From Candidatus Pacearchaeota archaeon (lineage in GTDB: Archaea; Nanobdellota; Nanobdellia; Pacearchaeales; GW2011-AR1), in the NCBI GenBank assembly GCA_018303845.1, contig JAGVXH010000002.1, positions 27,532 through 91,531 of the forward strand: a DNA stretch of 64,000 nt, given 5' to 3'. This document shows, piece after piece, positions 27,389 through 36,900 of this stretch; position 1 is the stretch's first letter; each line of letters opens with the position of its first letter. The notes below the pieces were generated by a model that worked only from the letters and a program-made list of their open reading frames with translations, was not told where the DNA came from and did not search any database. The position numbers and the translations under genes were made by a program.

Positions 27389-29092
27389 CTACATCTCTTC
27401 TAAAGTCTCAATCCCAAGCAAATCAAGTCCCTTCTTAATCACAACCCTAAACACCTCAACAATCTCTAATCTAAACGCCTCACTCTCTCCGCCCAAAACA
27501 GGACAGCCGTGATAAAACTCATTAAAATCCTTAGCAAGTTCAAAACAATAATTCGCAATCAAATTCGGGGACAAATCCTCATAAGCCTTCACGACAACAT
27601 TATCAAACAAATCAATCTTCTTAATCAAAGCAAACTCCAAATCCCCAAAATCCTTATACTTTATATCTTGCCTTTTACTTTCAAATTTAATCTTCCTAAG
27701 GATAGAAGAAGCCCGAGCATACGAATACAAAAGATATGGGCCAGTGTCCCCTTCAAAAGAAAGAAACCTATCAACATCAAAAACCATATTATGCTCCCGA
27801 TTATTCTTCAAGTCTCCATAAAAAATCGCAGCCAAAGCAATTCTTCGAGCCCGCTCATCTAAATTATCACAATCGCCTCGAGCCTCCAAATTCCCTCGAG
27901 CCTTCTCGACAACCTCACCCAAAACATCTTCCATATAAACCGTCTTCCCTCGCCTAGTAGAAAACTTTTTCCCATCACTATCTAAATAAAGCCCATGCGC
28001 AGCATGCACCAAATCATCCGCCCAAGCATAGCCCATCTTCTTCAAAATACCAAACACCTGCCGAAAATGCAATGTCTGTTCAGCCCCAACCTCATAAATC
28101 GCCCGGTCAAAATCATAAACCTTCTTCCTATCAAGTGCCATGGCCAAATCCCTCGTCGCATAAAGACTAGTCCCATCACTCTTCTGAATCAAAACCTTCC
28201 CCAATCCAACATCATCAAGGTCAACAATCCTAGCACCCGCATCTTCAATTAGCAATCCCTTCTCCTTCAACTCGAAGATAACCGCATCCATCTTATCATT
28301 ATACAAACTCTCCCCAGAAACCTCATCAAAACTAATCCCAAGCAAATCATAAATCTTCTGAAACTTCACCAAAGACATCTCTCTAAATCTCTTCCACAAA
28401 GCCAAATTCTCAAAATCCCCACTCTCTAACTTCTTAAATTCAAGTCGACACTCATCATCAAATTCATCCGTAGCATTAATCCGAACATAAAGTTCCTGCA
28501 AGTGCCCAATGGCATCGCTCTCTAATTTCTCCTCACTACCCCACTTCTTCCAAGCACAAATAATCTTCCCAAACTGTGTCCCCCAATCCCCAAGATAATT
28601 AATCTTAACAACCTCAAATCCATTCGCCTCACAAATCCTCGCAATCGAATTACCAATAATCGTCGACCTCAAATGCCCAATCCCAAAAGGCTTTGCAATA
28701 TTCGGACTCGACATATCAATAACAATTCGCTTCCCATTTTTCAAAACCTTCTTCCCATAATCCTTGCCCAAAACCTTCCGCGCAAAAATCCCCTTATCAA
28801 TAAAAAAGTTAACATAAGCACCACTAGCCTCAACTCTCTCAATTTCCTTAGGCAAAACCTTCACAAAAGTCAAAGCCAAATCTCCAGCAATAACTCCAGG
28901 GGACTTCTTCAAAGTTTTAGCCAAACCAAAACAAGGAAAAGCATAATCCCCCATTTCAGACCTAGGCGGAACCTCAAGCAATCCCTCAATTTCACAAATA
29001 TCAAAATCAACTTCTTCAGCAATTAATTTAACAACAACATCTTTCATACAACAAAACACAAACAAACACTTATTAACTTTTCTTTTCTTCAA
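27389..29092 (-). CDS. argS: Arginyl-tRNA synthetase
   Basis: It has the SSPNIAKPFGIGHLR (HIGH-type) motif and a DALR-like C-terminus. The true start may be the internal MKDVVV. Confidence 0.88.
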   Translation of the reverse strand: MKKRKVNKCLFVFCCMKDVVVKLIAEEVDFDICEIEGLLEVPPRSEMGDYAFPCFGLAKTLKKSPGVIAGDLALTFVKVLPKEIERVEASGAYVNFFIDKGIFARKVLGKDYGKKVLKNGKRIVIDMSSPNIAKPFGIGHLRSTIIGNSIARICEANGFEVVKINYLGDWGTQFGKIICAWKKWGSEEKLESDAIGHLQELYVRINATDEFDDECRLEFKKLESGDFENLALWKRFREMSLVKFQKIYDLLGISFDEVSGESLYNDKMDAVIFELKEKGLLIEDAGARIVDLDDVGLGKVLIQKSDGTSLYATRDLAMALDRKKVYDFDRAIYEVGAEQTLHFRQVFGILKKMGYAWADDLVHAAHGLYLDSDGKKFSTRRGKTVYMEDVLGEVVEKARGNLEARGDCDNLDERARRIALAAIFYGDLKNNREHNMVFDVDRFLSFEGDTGPYLLYSYARASSILRKIKFESKRQDIKYKDFGDLEFALIKKIDLFDNVVVKAYEDLSPNLIANYCFELAKDFNEFYHGCPVLGGESEAFRLEIVEVFRVVIKKGLDLLGIETLEEM

Positions 29093-29098
29093 TATTCC

Positions 29099-29767
29099 AT
29101 GCGAACTAAGATCATAGCGACCTACGGCCCATCATCAAAAAATCTAATCCCCGAACTCCTAAAAGCCGGCGCTTCCATAATACGACTAAACACAAAATAC
29201 ATCTCCCCCAGACAAGTCCAAAACATAATACAAAGACATCCAAAAACATCTTTCATGCTAGACATCAAAGACAGAAATCTCCTTCAAAAAATTTCCCATC
29301 TAAAATTCAAATACCTAGCAATTTCTTTTGCAGAATCCGAAAAAGAAATCATCCAGATAAAAGAAATGTTTCCAAAACAAATAATAATATCAAAAATAGA
29401 GAACCAAAAAGGTGTAGATAATATTAACAAATTAATAAAAGTTAGTGACGGAATCATGATAGCAAGAGGAGATTTAGGAAAAAGTATTCAATTCCAAAAA
29501 GTTCCAATGATACAAAAATCCATTACAAAAAAATGTAATAAAGCAAAAATATTCTCAATAACAGCGACCGAAATGATGCCATCCATGATAAGTTACGTAA
29601 GACCTTCAAGAGCGGAAACAGCAGACATAGCAAATGCAATTTTAGAAGGCTCGGAAGCCCTAATGCTTTCCGAAGAAACTGCCATAGGCAAATATCCAGT
29701 CTTAGCAATAAAAATGATGAAAACAATAATTCTAGAAACCGAAAAGCATATCAAAGAATTCAAATAA
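29099..29767 (+). CDS. Minimal pyruvate-kinase-like protein (A/TIM-barrel domain only; B lid and C-terminal domains absent)
   Basis: KIIATYGPSS, ISKIENQKGVDN, DGIMIARGDLG, ATEMMPSM and RPSRAETADIANA are collinear with the pyruvate kinase catalytic core, but the protein is only 222 aa. Confidence 0.6.
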   Translation: MRTKIIATYGPSSKNLIPELLKAGASIIRLNTKYISPRQVQNIIQRHPKTSFMLDIKDRNLLQKISHLKFKYLAISFAESEKEIIQIKEMFPKQIIISKIENQKGVDNINKLIKVSDGIMIARGDLGKSIQFQKVPMIQKSITKKCNKAKIFSITATEMMPSMISYVRPSRAETADIANAILEGSEALMLSEETAIGKYPVLAIKMMKTIILETEKHIKEFK

Positions 29768-29773
29768 ATAAAA

Positions 29774-30187
29774 TCATATTTTCAAACTAACCAACTTAGT
29801 ATTCCCAAGATTCACCCTCGCCAAAACCCGCCTCGTCTCAAGCTCAGACAAAATCCTCGAAACCTTAACCTTATTCAAACCCGACAAAGCAACCAGCCGA
29901 TTCTGCTCTAAGCTCCCATTATTCTCAACTAGCAAACCAACAATCTTCCTCTCCCCTTCAGGCAAAATACTCAAAACCCGATTTAACAAAACTTTATTTA
30001 TCTTACTCTGAAACAGCACAACAATCCCACCACCAACAACAATCGACAAAAACGAAATTCCATAAACAATCAAAGGCAAACTACTCCCCTCTTCAGAGAC
30101 ATAATAGCCATTAACAACAGCAAACAAAACCCCAAGAAAAAAAATCAAAACAAGTCCAACAATCAATCGCCTAACAGAAACTTCCAT
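29774..30187 (-). CDS. Membrane-anchored winged-HTH transcriptional regulator
   Basis: Two N-terminal TM helices are followed by a C-terminal wHTH (LEQNRLVALSGLNKVKVSRILSELE). It is a paralog of 54220..54750. Confidence 0.45.
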   Translation of the reverse strand: MEVSVRRLIVGLVLIFFLGVLFAVVNGYYVSEEGSSLPLIVYGISFLSIVVGGGIVVLFQSKINKVLLNRVLSILPEGERKIVGLLVENNGSLEQNRLVALSGLNKVKVSRILSELETRRVLARVNLGNTKLVSLKI

Positions 30188-30426
30188 TATCTCAATACCT
30201 TCTTTATTTTCAAAAATTCCTTCTCACTTATTTCACCAGCAGCAAACCGCTTCTTAACAATGTCAATAGCGGACTCATTCTTATTCCCTCTAACAACCCA
30301 ATAGATAACAAACCCAACGGCAAACAATATCAATAACTGAAAGACCCATCCATAAGGATGAAAACCCATAACTGGCTTAAATCCATCTCTTACCGCACAT
30401 CCCGTAATTCCAATTGGCATATTCAT
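30187..30426 (-). CDS. Small membrane protein with SHOCT-like C-terminus
   Basis: The C-terminus VKKRFAAGEISEKEFLKIKKVL matches the SHOCT motif. Confidence 0.45.
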   Translation of the reverse strand: MNMPIGITGCAVRDGFKPVMGFHPYGWVFQLLILFAVGFVIYWVVRGNKNESAIDIVKKRFAAGEISEKEFLKIKKVLR

Positions 30427-30494
30427 TTTAATTTCCCAAACCTTTTAACCTTTGCCAAAATAAAAATAAAAATAAAATTTAATTATACTTAGCC

Positions 30495-30884
30495 CTATTC
30501 AGCAAAAGGACATCCTTCATGAGACTTGCCCATTCCACGCCCAAAGCCTTTCTTGCCGCCCATCTGGCCAAAGCCCATTCCACGACCTTCAGGCATAAGC
30601 TCTTCTAATTCAGCCATCAAACTCTCAACAGCCTCATCATCTCCAGCTTCACGAGCTTCTAAAAGCTCAGTCCTTAAAGCATGCATCCGAGTCATCCTAT
30701 CAAAATTCTCTTCACTAAGTTGAGCTATATGCAATTCCTTCCAAGCAGAATAGTCTCCACTCTCAACAGCCGCTTTCATAACATCCCTATCTTCACTAGA
30801 AGCAAAAGGCATAGCCACAACAAAAGAAACAGCAAAAAGCCCGACTAAAGCCAAAGCCAAAATCGCCAATGTTTTTCTTTCCAT
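30495..30884 (-). CDS. Secreted CpxP/Spy/ZraP-like periplasmic protein with Gly/Met-rich C-terminal tail
   Basis: It has a signal peptide, helical LTxxQ-like repeats, and a tail GRGMGFGQMGGKKGFGRGMG. GC content is noticeably higher than in neighbouring genes. Confidence 0.4.
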   Translation of the reverse strand: MERKTLAILALALVGLFAVSFVVAMPFASSEDRDVMKAAVESGDYSAWKELHIAQLSEENFDRMTRMHALRTELLEAREAGDDEAVESLMAELEELMPEGRGMGFGQMGGKKGFGRGMGKSHEGCPFAE

Positions 30885-31229
30885 GTTAAATCCTCCCTTA
30901 TATCTCATGACAAAACCAGCATGAAACGAGATATACTTTTTACTGAAACGAGAAATGCAAAAGAATTATGGGCATATTAAAAAATCCCATCAAAACAATA
31001 AAAAAATAAGAAGGAAACAAAATCTCAAATCAGAGAATTCAAATGATTGTTTCCAAGTAATCTAATTAATCCCAGTCGCCTTCTTCAGGATCTTCAATTT
31101 CACTTTCGAAATCATCCTCAAAATCTTCGTCTTCATCATATGCCATTATAAAGTTCTCCGAATTTAGATGAAACTATCTATCTAAACATTATTTAAACCT
31201 TACTAACAACATATTTCCCAACAAAAATC

Positions 31230-33017
31230 CTAAAAAACAGCCCACTTTCCAGTTTCTTTCTGCTCCCTATCTAAAACTGAACCCCTCTTATTAATCCTAG
31301 GTCTCCCAGATTCCTTGTCTTTCCTAAGCGTAACATCCAAACTCCTAAGCAACTCCGAAACACCCTCTTCAAACAAAACAACCTTTCCAGCCTCACCACG
31401 AACTCCACCAACACCACCAAAATTAATAATGGAATCAGCCAAATATGAAATCACCAACAAATCATGATCCACCACAAACGCCGTCTTACCTCGCTCAACC
31501 ATAATGTCCTTAATCGCCTTAGCAACAGAAATCCTTTCCTCAACATCAAGATATGCGCTAGGTTCATCAATCAAATAAACATCCGCATCCCGAGCCAAGC
31601 ACCGAGCAACCTCAAACCTTTGCAACTCACCACCAGACAAATTCTTCAACTTCTTCCCCTCCAAAACTCCCAAATTAAAAGTACTTTTTAATCTCTTAGA
31701 AATTTTCTCCTTAAAACAAATATCCCGAACCATTGTCTCATCCTCCGAAAATAAATATTGCTTCTTATAAGAAATATCTAATTTCAAATCCAATTTCCCC
31801 AAACTAGTTTCAAGCTCCCCAGCCAAAGCCTTAACAAAAGTCGTCTTCCCAGTTCCATTTTTCCCTAAAATCCCAATCACATGATTCTCATGTATCACCC
31901 CGCCCTTAACATCCAACTCAAATCCAGTATCAAACTTCAAAGAAAAATCCGGCCAAGTCGCAATCTTGTGCCCCGACATCATCGCATTCCGCGTAAAATC
32001 AAACTTCAAAGCCTTATCCCGAATCCTCATATTCTCCTCTTTCAAGAAACCATCAAGATAAGCATTAACCCCCACCTTCGAACTCTTAACCCCACTAACC
32101 AAACCAAACGCTCCCTGCCCCCCAAAAAACACATTAACATAATCAGTCAAATAATCCAAAATCAATAGATCATGCTCGACAACAATTAAAGTTTTATTTT
32201 TAGAAATCTCCTTCAAAAAATCCGAAACCCTAAGTCTCTCTCCAATATCCAAAAATGCCAAAGGCTCATCAAAAAAATAAATATCACTCTCGCCCAAACT
32301 CGCCGCCAAAATCGCGACCCGCTGCAACTCACCACCAGACAGCTTATTCATCCTATTCCCCAAAACCTGACTCACCCCCAAAACCTCAGCCAATCTCTTT
32401 ATGTCTGCCTCACCTCCTCGTTGCAACAACAAATCCATAACCCCAACATCCAAAGAAAGTACAGACAAATTCTGCGGCTTATACGAAACCTTCTTCCCGC
32501 TAAGCCCCTCAAAATATCTCAAAATCTCATTTCCCTTAAAAAACTCTTTAATATCCTCATCACTCGCTTCAGTTTTCCCAAGATTCAACTTCTCCGTCCC
32601 AGCCAAAATCTTAACCGCAGTCGATTTCCCAATTCCATTCCTCCCAAGCAAACCCAAAACAGAACCCTCTTTCGGTACAGGCAAACCATAAAGCGCAAAC
32701 CCATTAGCCCCATAGCGATGCACAATATCCTTCTCTGATACAGAAGGCAAATTCACAATATCAATCGCTTCGAACGGACACCTCTTGACACAAATCGCAC
32801 ACCCAACACAAGTATTTTCATCAATAACACATTTTCCCGAAGAAGACAAAACACCAGTTCCTTTCTTAACAGACGGCCCGGCATCAACCAAACCAATCAC
32901 AACACAACTATCTGGTTCTTTCTTTTCAACAGGGCAATACTTCTTACACTCCCGACCACAAAGGGTTGGCTTACATTTCTCCTTATGCACAATCGCTAAC
33001 TTCATAAAAATACCCAA
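31230..33017 (-). CDS. abcE1: ABCE1/RLI ribosome-recycling ATPase
   Basis: An N-terminal 4Fe-4S domain (CKPTLC..CKKYCP, CVGCAICVKRCP) is followed by twin ABC domains. Confidence 0.9.
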   Translation of the reverse strand: MGIFMKLAIVHKEKCKPTLCGRECKKYCPVEKKEPDSCVVIGLVDAGPSVKKGTGVLSSSGKCVIDENTCVGCAICVKRCPFEAIDIVNLPSVSEKDIVHRYGANGFALYGLPVPKEGSVLGLLGRNGIGKSTAVKILAGTEKLNLGKTEASDEDIKEFFKGNEILRYFEGLSGKKVSYKPQNLSVLSLDVGVMDLLLQRGGEADIKRLAEVLGVSQVLGNRMNKLSGGELQRVAILAASLGESDIYFFDEPLAFLDIGERLRVSDFLKEISKNKTLIVVEHDLLILDYLTDYVNVFFGGQGAFGLVSGVKSSKVGVNAYLDGFLKEENMRIRDKALKFDFTRNAMMSGHKIATWPDFSLKFDTGFELDVKGGVIHENHVIGILGKNGTGKTTFVKALAGELETSLGKLDLKLDISYKKQYLFSEDETMVRDICFKEKISKRLKSTFNLGVLEGKKLKNLSGGELQRFEVARCLARDADVYLIDEPSAYLDVEERISVAKAIKDIMVERGKTAFVVDHDLLVISYLADSIINFGGVGGVRGEAGKVVLFEEGVSELLRSLDVTLRKDKESGRPRINKRGSVLDREQKETGKWAVF

Positions 33018-33047
33018 TCATTTAGAGTTTTAAGTTTAACTCATATA

Positions 33048-33941
33048 CTAACCCTTATCTCCCCCAGCCAACCGCGCCCTCAAGACCGGCAACTCCCCAT
33101 TAATCTCAGTCAATCTCTCACCATACTTCTTCATCCTAATATCATAAACTAACCCAGAAAGACTTCTCTTCTTAAACCGCTCAACCTGAACCTTCCTAAT
33201 CAAATCCTTCAAAACAGTACGCTCTGTCTCCATCTTCAAAATCTTATTCTTCAAGATTCTTTTCACAATATTCTTTCTAAGAAAAAATACCATAAAACCA
33301 ACTAAAACAAAACCAACTAAAACAAAAATCCAATGCTCCTGAAAAAAATTTTTAGCCCCACGTTGAACCCCCGCAAAAACAGTTCTATCAGCCCTATCTT
33401 TTTCAACACTAACTCGATATACTTTAATCAAATCTTCAGTCTCAGAAAATCTCTCCTCATAAAAAGCAGCCTTAGCATCTTCCAATATCTGAACATTTCC
33501 AGGAGAAACAATTCCAGGGAGGGGCTCTTCTATAATAATCTTATCCCACAATAAAAACGCTAAATCCCGACGAGCAACAATATCATAATAATAAACCATC
33601 ACGTCATCATACTCAAGATTTTGCCACTTAATCAACCTCAAAGCCTCAGTCGCTTCAGCCTTATCCTCACGAGAAAGACTACCATTCCTCAAAATTTCGG
33701 CATAACTAACCTGCTCAAAAACCCGATTCATCTCTAGTAAAGAATCTTCAACATAAGAAACAGAAAAATTATGCGCCTTCATTTCCGAAATAATATCATC
33801 AACATTTTCAAAAGCCACCATCACAGAATCCAAAGTAATATTTTCTTCTTTTTCCAAAATATCACCAGTCACCAAATTCATAACAATAAATAAATAAATA
33901 AATAGAATAGGCACACCAAAAACTTTAATTTTATTTTTCAT
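33048..33941 (-). CDS. Hypothetical membrane protein
   Basis: There is an N-terminal TM, a soluble domain and a C-terminal TM. The internal start MKNKIKVF avoids a long overlap with the upstream giant gene. Confidence 0.4.
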   Translation of the reverse strand: MKNKIKVFGVPILFIYLFIVMNLVTGDILEKEENITLDSVMVAFENVDDIISEMKAHNFSVSYVEDSLLEMNRVFEQVSYAEILRNGSLSREDKAEATEALRLIKWQNLEYDDVMVYYYDIVARRDLAFLLWDKIIIEEPLPGIVSPGNVQILEDAKAAFYEERFSETEDLIKVYRVSVEKDRADRTVFAGVQRGAKNFFQEHWIFVLVGFVLVGFMVFFLRKNIVKRILKNKILKMETERTVLKDLIRKVQVERFKKRSLSGLVYDIRMKKYGERLTEINGELPVLRARLAGGDKG

Positions 33942-36900
33942 TTTTCCCGCCCTTAATTTTAATCCACTTCCCATGAACATTCCTACCCAAAAAGCCCTTC
34001 CGTCCAACAAAAACTTTCTTAGCAAAACCCTTATCTATAATCTTGCTTTCCCCCTTATCCTCCTTATTCCCCGACGCCACAGACTTAGAAGAAATCTTGT
34101 TCACCCTCTCCTTCATCAGCAACACCGTCATCCTTTCTCCTTCAATCTCGGCCAACCTCTCATTCAAAATCCTAAACTGCAACTCATAACTATCCGTACC
34201 AATCTTCTTATTCTTATAATAATCATTCTGCAATTTCTTAACTTCCGCTTCCGCCTGAATCCTTTCACTATCAAGTTCAGAAATAATCTCCCTAGGCTTC
34301 AATATTCCAATTCTCTGATTCCTCAAAGTCAATCGAACTCCCCTTAAATTCGCCAACCTTTTCTCGTACTGATTCATAATCCGATGATATTCTCCAGAAG
34401 AAATCACACCCGTAAAATATTGTTGCTGAGACGCAGTCATTAATTTCCTAATATTCTCCTCTTCCCTATTAATATCAATAATCCTAGAACTCGCGACGCT
34501 CTTCTGATATTTACGATACCCAAAAATTCCACCCAAGAAAATAAAAAAGACACCCAAGAAAATAAACGGCCAATACAAAAATAAAAACAAAGTAAAATTT
34601 CCCTTTCGATTAAACAACAACAAATTCTGAGCCTCTTTTATTCTCTCATTAGCCAAAGCGTAATCTCCCCTTTCAAAAGCAACCTTAGCTAAATTCAAAA
34701 TATCCTCAACAGACTTATCGCCAAAAATAGCCCAACCAGTAAATATAGAATTCATATTGGCCCGAATACTATCATCAGCATAAGCATCCTTTACAGCGTT
34801 TCCAGTAATTACACCCATCTTCACCGGGTTCCTAAGCGATTCAAAAACTCCATCAATCAAACCTTGAGTTTCAAAAGCCAAATCTCTCAAATCCAAAATA
34901 CTTTCACTTAATTCCAATGCCTCCGCATTTTTTCTTTCTCCCAATTTCAACTTAGCCTTAGCAAAAAAATCCTCAACCTGAATCGTATTAAAACCCGCAA
35001 GCTTCATCTCAAGAATAGCCTTCTCCGCCGCTAGCAAAGAAAGACTCGTATCTTCAAAACTAGCCTCCTGAATAATCAACAAAATATTCTGAGTCTCTCT
35101 ATAACTTCTAGCAGCACCACCCACAACCAATTGACCACTAATCACCGCAACCAAAGTATGTTCCTCCATTACCTCCTTATATGCCGGAACCCGAACATTA
35201 ATATTAAACTTCCCAGATTCTCTATAGCCTATCGGGCCAACAACCAAAGGAGAAATTTTAATATACTTAGACATAAAACCATTCAAACTCAAAGTCAAAT
35301 TTTCCAAAGTAGAATTAATATATTTATTATCCACAGTTATCTCAAAACTATCTTCCCCCCCACGAACAATTTCAATAACTTTAGAATACACAACGGATTC
35401 TCCACTTGCCCCACCCCCGCCGCCTCCACTTCCGCCTCCACCAGTGATAGAAACCACAGTCGAGGCCACAATCGTCCCAGCGCCAATAGTAACCGCCTTA
35501 CTAGCATTAGCGGAATCAGCATTACTAGAATTAGCTACAGCAACAATAGAAACAGAGCTGTCCGTAGCCGACGAAGAAACAGAAACAACCAAACTATTTG
35601 AACCACTTCCGCCAATAGGCAAAGCCCCAAGACTTCTCGTCAAACTTCCACTACTAACACTAAACACCGAAGGCAAAGTCCAACTTAAATAAACATCCGT
35701 CGCATCCGCAGTACCAAGATTAGTAACCGTCGCAACCAAATTCACACTAGAATCCCCAGCCGTCACGCTCCCACTATAAGTACCAATATCAACAACCAAA
35801 TAAGGTCCAACAGCCGTCTGAAGATTGAGTCGCCTCTCAAAAATTTCCACTCCAGCCGCAGAAACAACAGTCACATTATAACTATACAAACCAGAAATCA
35901 AACCAGTAGTATTCACATCAATAGTTATATTTGCAAAACTCCCAGAACCGACAGAATAATTTACACTTAAATTTCCAGAATAATTTACACTCAATCGAGA
36001 ACCAATAGAAGAAGAACTAAGGCTAACATTAAAATTCAAATCTACATCTCCAGTATTATTTAAAATAACATTTCCTAAAGAATTGTTAGAAGCCCTATCA
36101 GCATAAACCAAAGAAACAATAGAACCAATCACAGCACTAACATTATGAGAAGTATCATTCCCAACAACAATCACAGTATTTGCAGAAATATTTCTATTAC
36201 CAGCAAAATCCGTAGCATTAATCTTAAACGTCCAGTTATCTGCCTCAGGAATAAAAGAACCGTTGTAAACAATCACCGAAGACGAACCTACAACCAAATC
36301 AGAATTATTATTCATACTAACAAAACTCCAATTCGTCTCCGTAGAATTCTTGTACATCAAAACAACCGAAGAAATATTATAATCTTCCGTAATACTAGAA
36401 TTCACATTCACAACAACAACAGGGTCCAAGCCATCCGTTGAGTTAGGAAAATAAGTTATATTATTAATAACAGGGGCAGTGTCATCAAAAATAACAACAT
36501 CATCAATACTACTATCATTAACTCTCCCAGCTAAATCATAAACATAAAGCCTAGCACTAAAACCTGGCGGAGAATGATTTCCAGAACCAATTGTATAACT
36601 AGTGGAATTCAAAGTCCCACTCAAATCAATATCAGAACTATTTACCCAAGTCCCACTAGCATTATAACTAACAATAACATAATCCAATCCAACAGCATCA
36701 CTAACATTCACAACACAAACAACATTAACAGAATCATTCGAATCACTGCATGAAAAATTATTCACAGCCGGTACAGTCAAATCGACATAAACAATCACCG
36801 AAGAATTCCCCTGATTACCAGAACTATCATTTGCATAAAATATTACATTATGCTGCCCCTCAACAAAATTAACGGTAGCATTCCAAGAGGTAGAAGAAGT

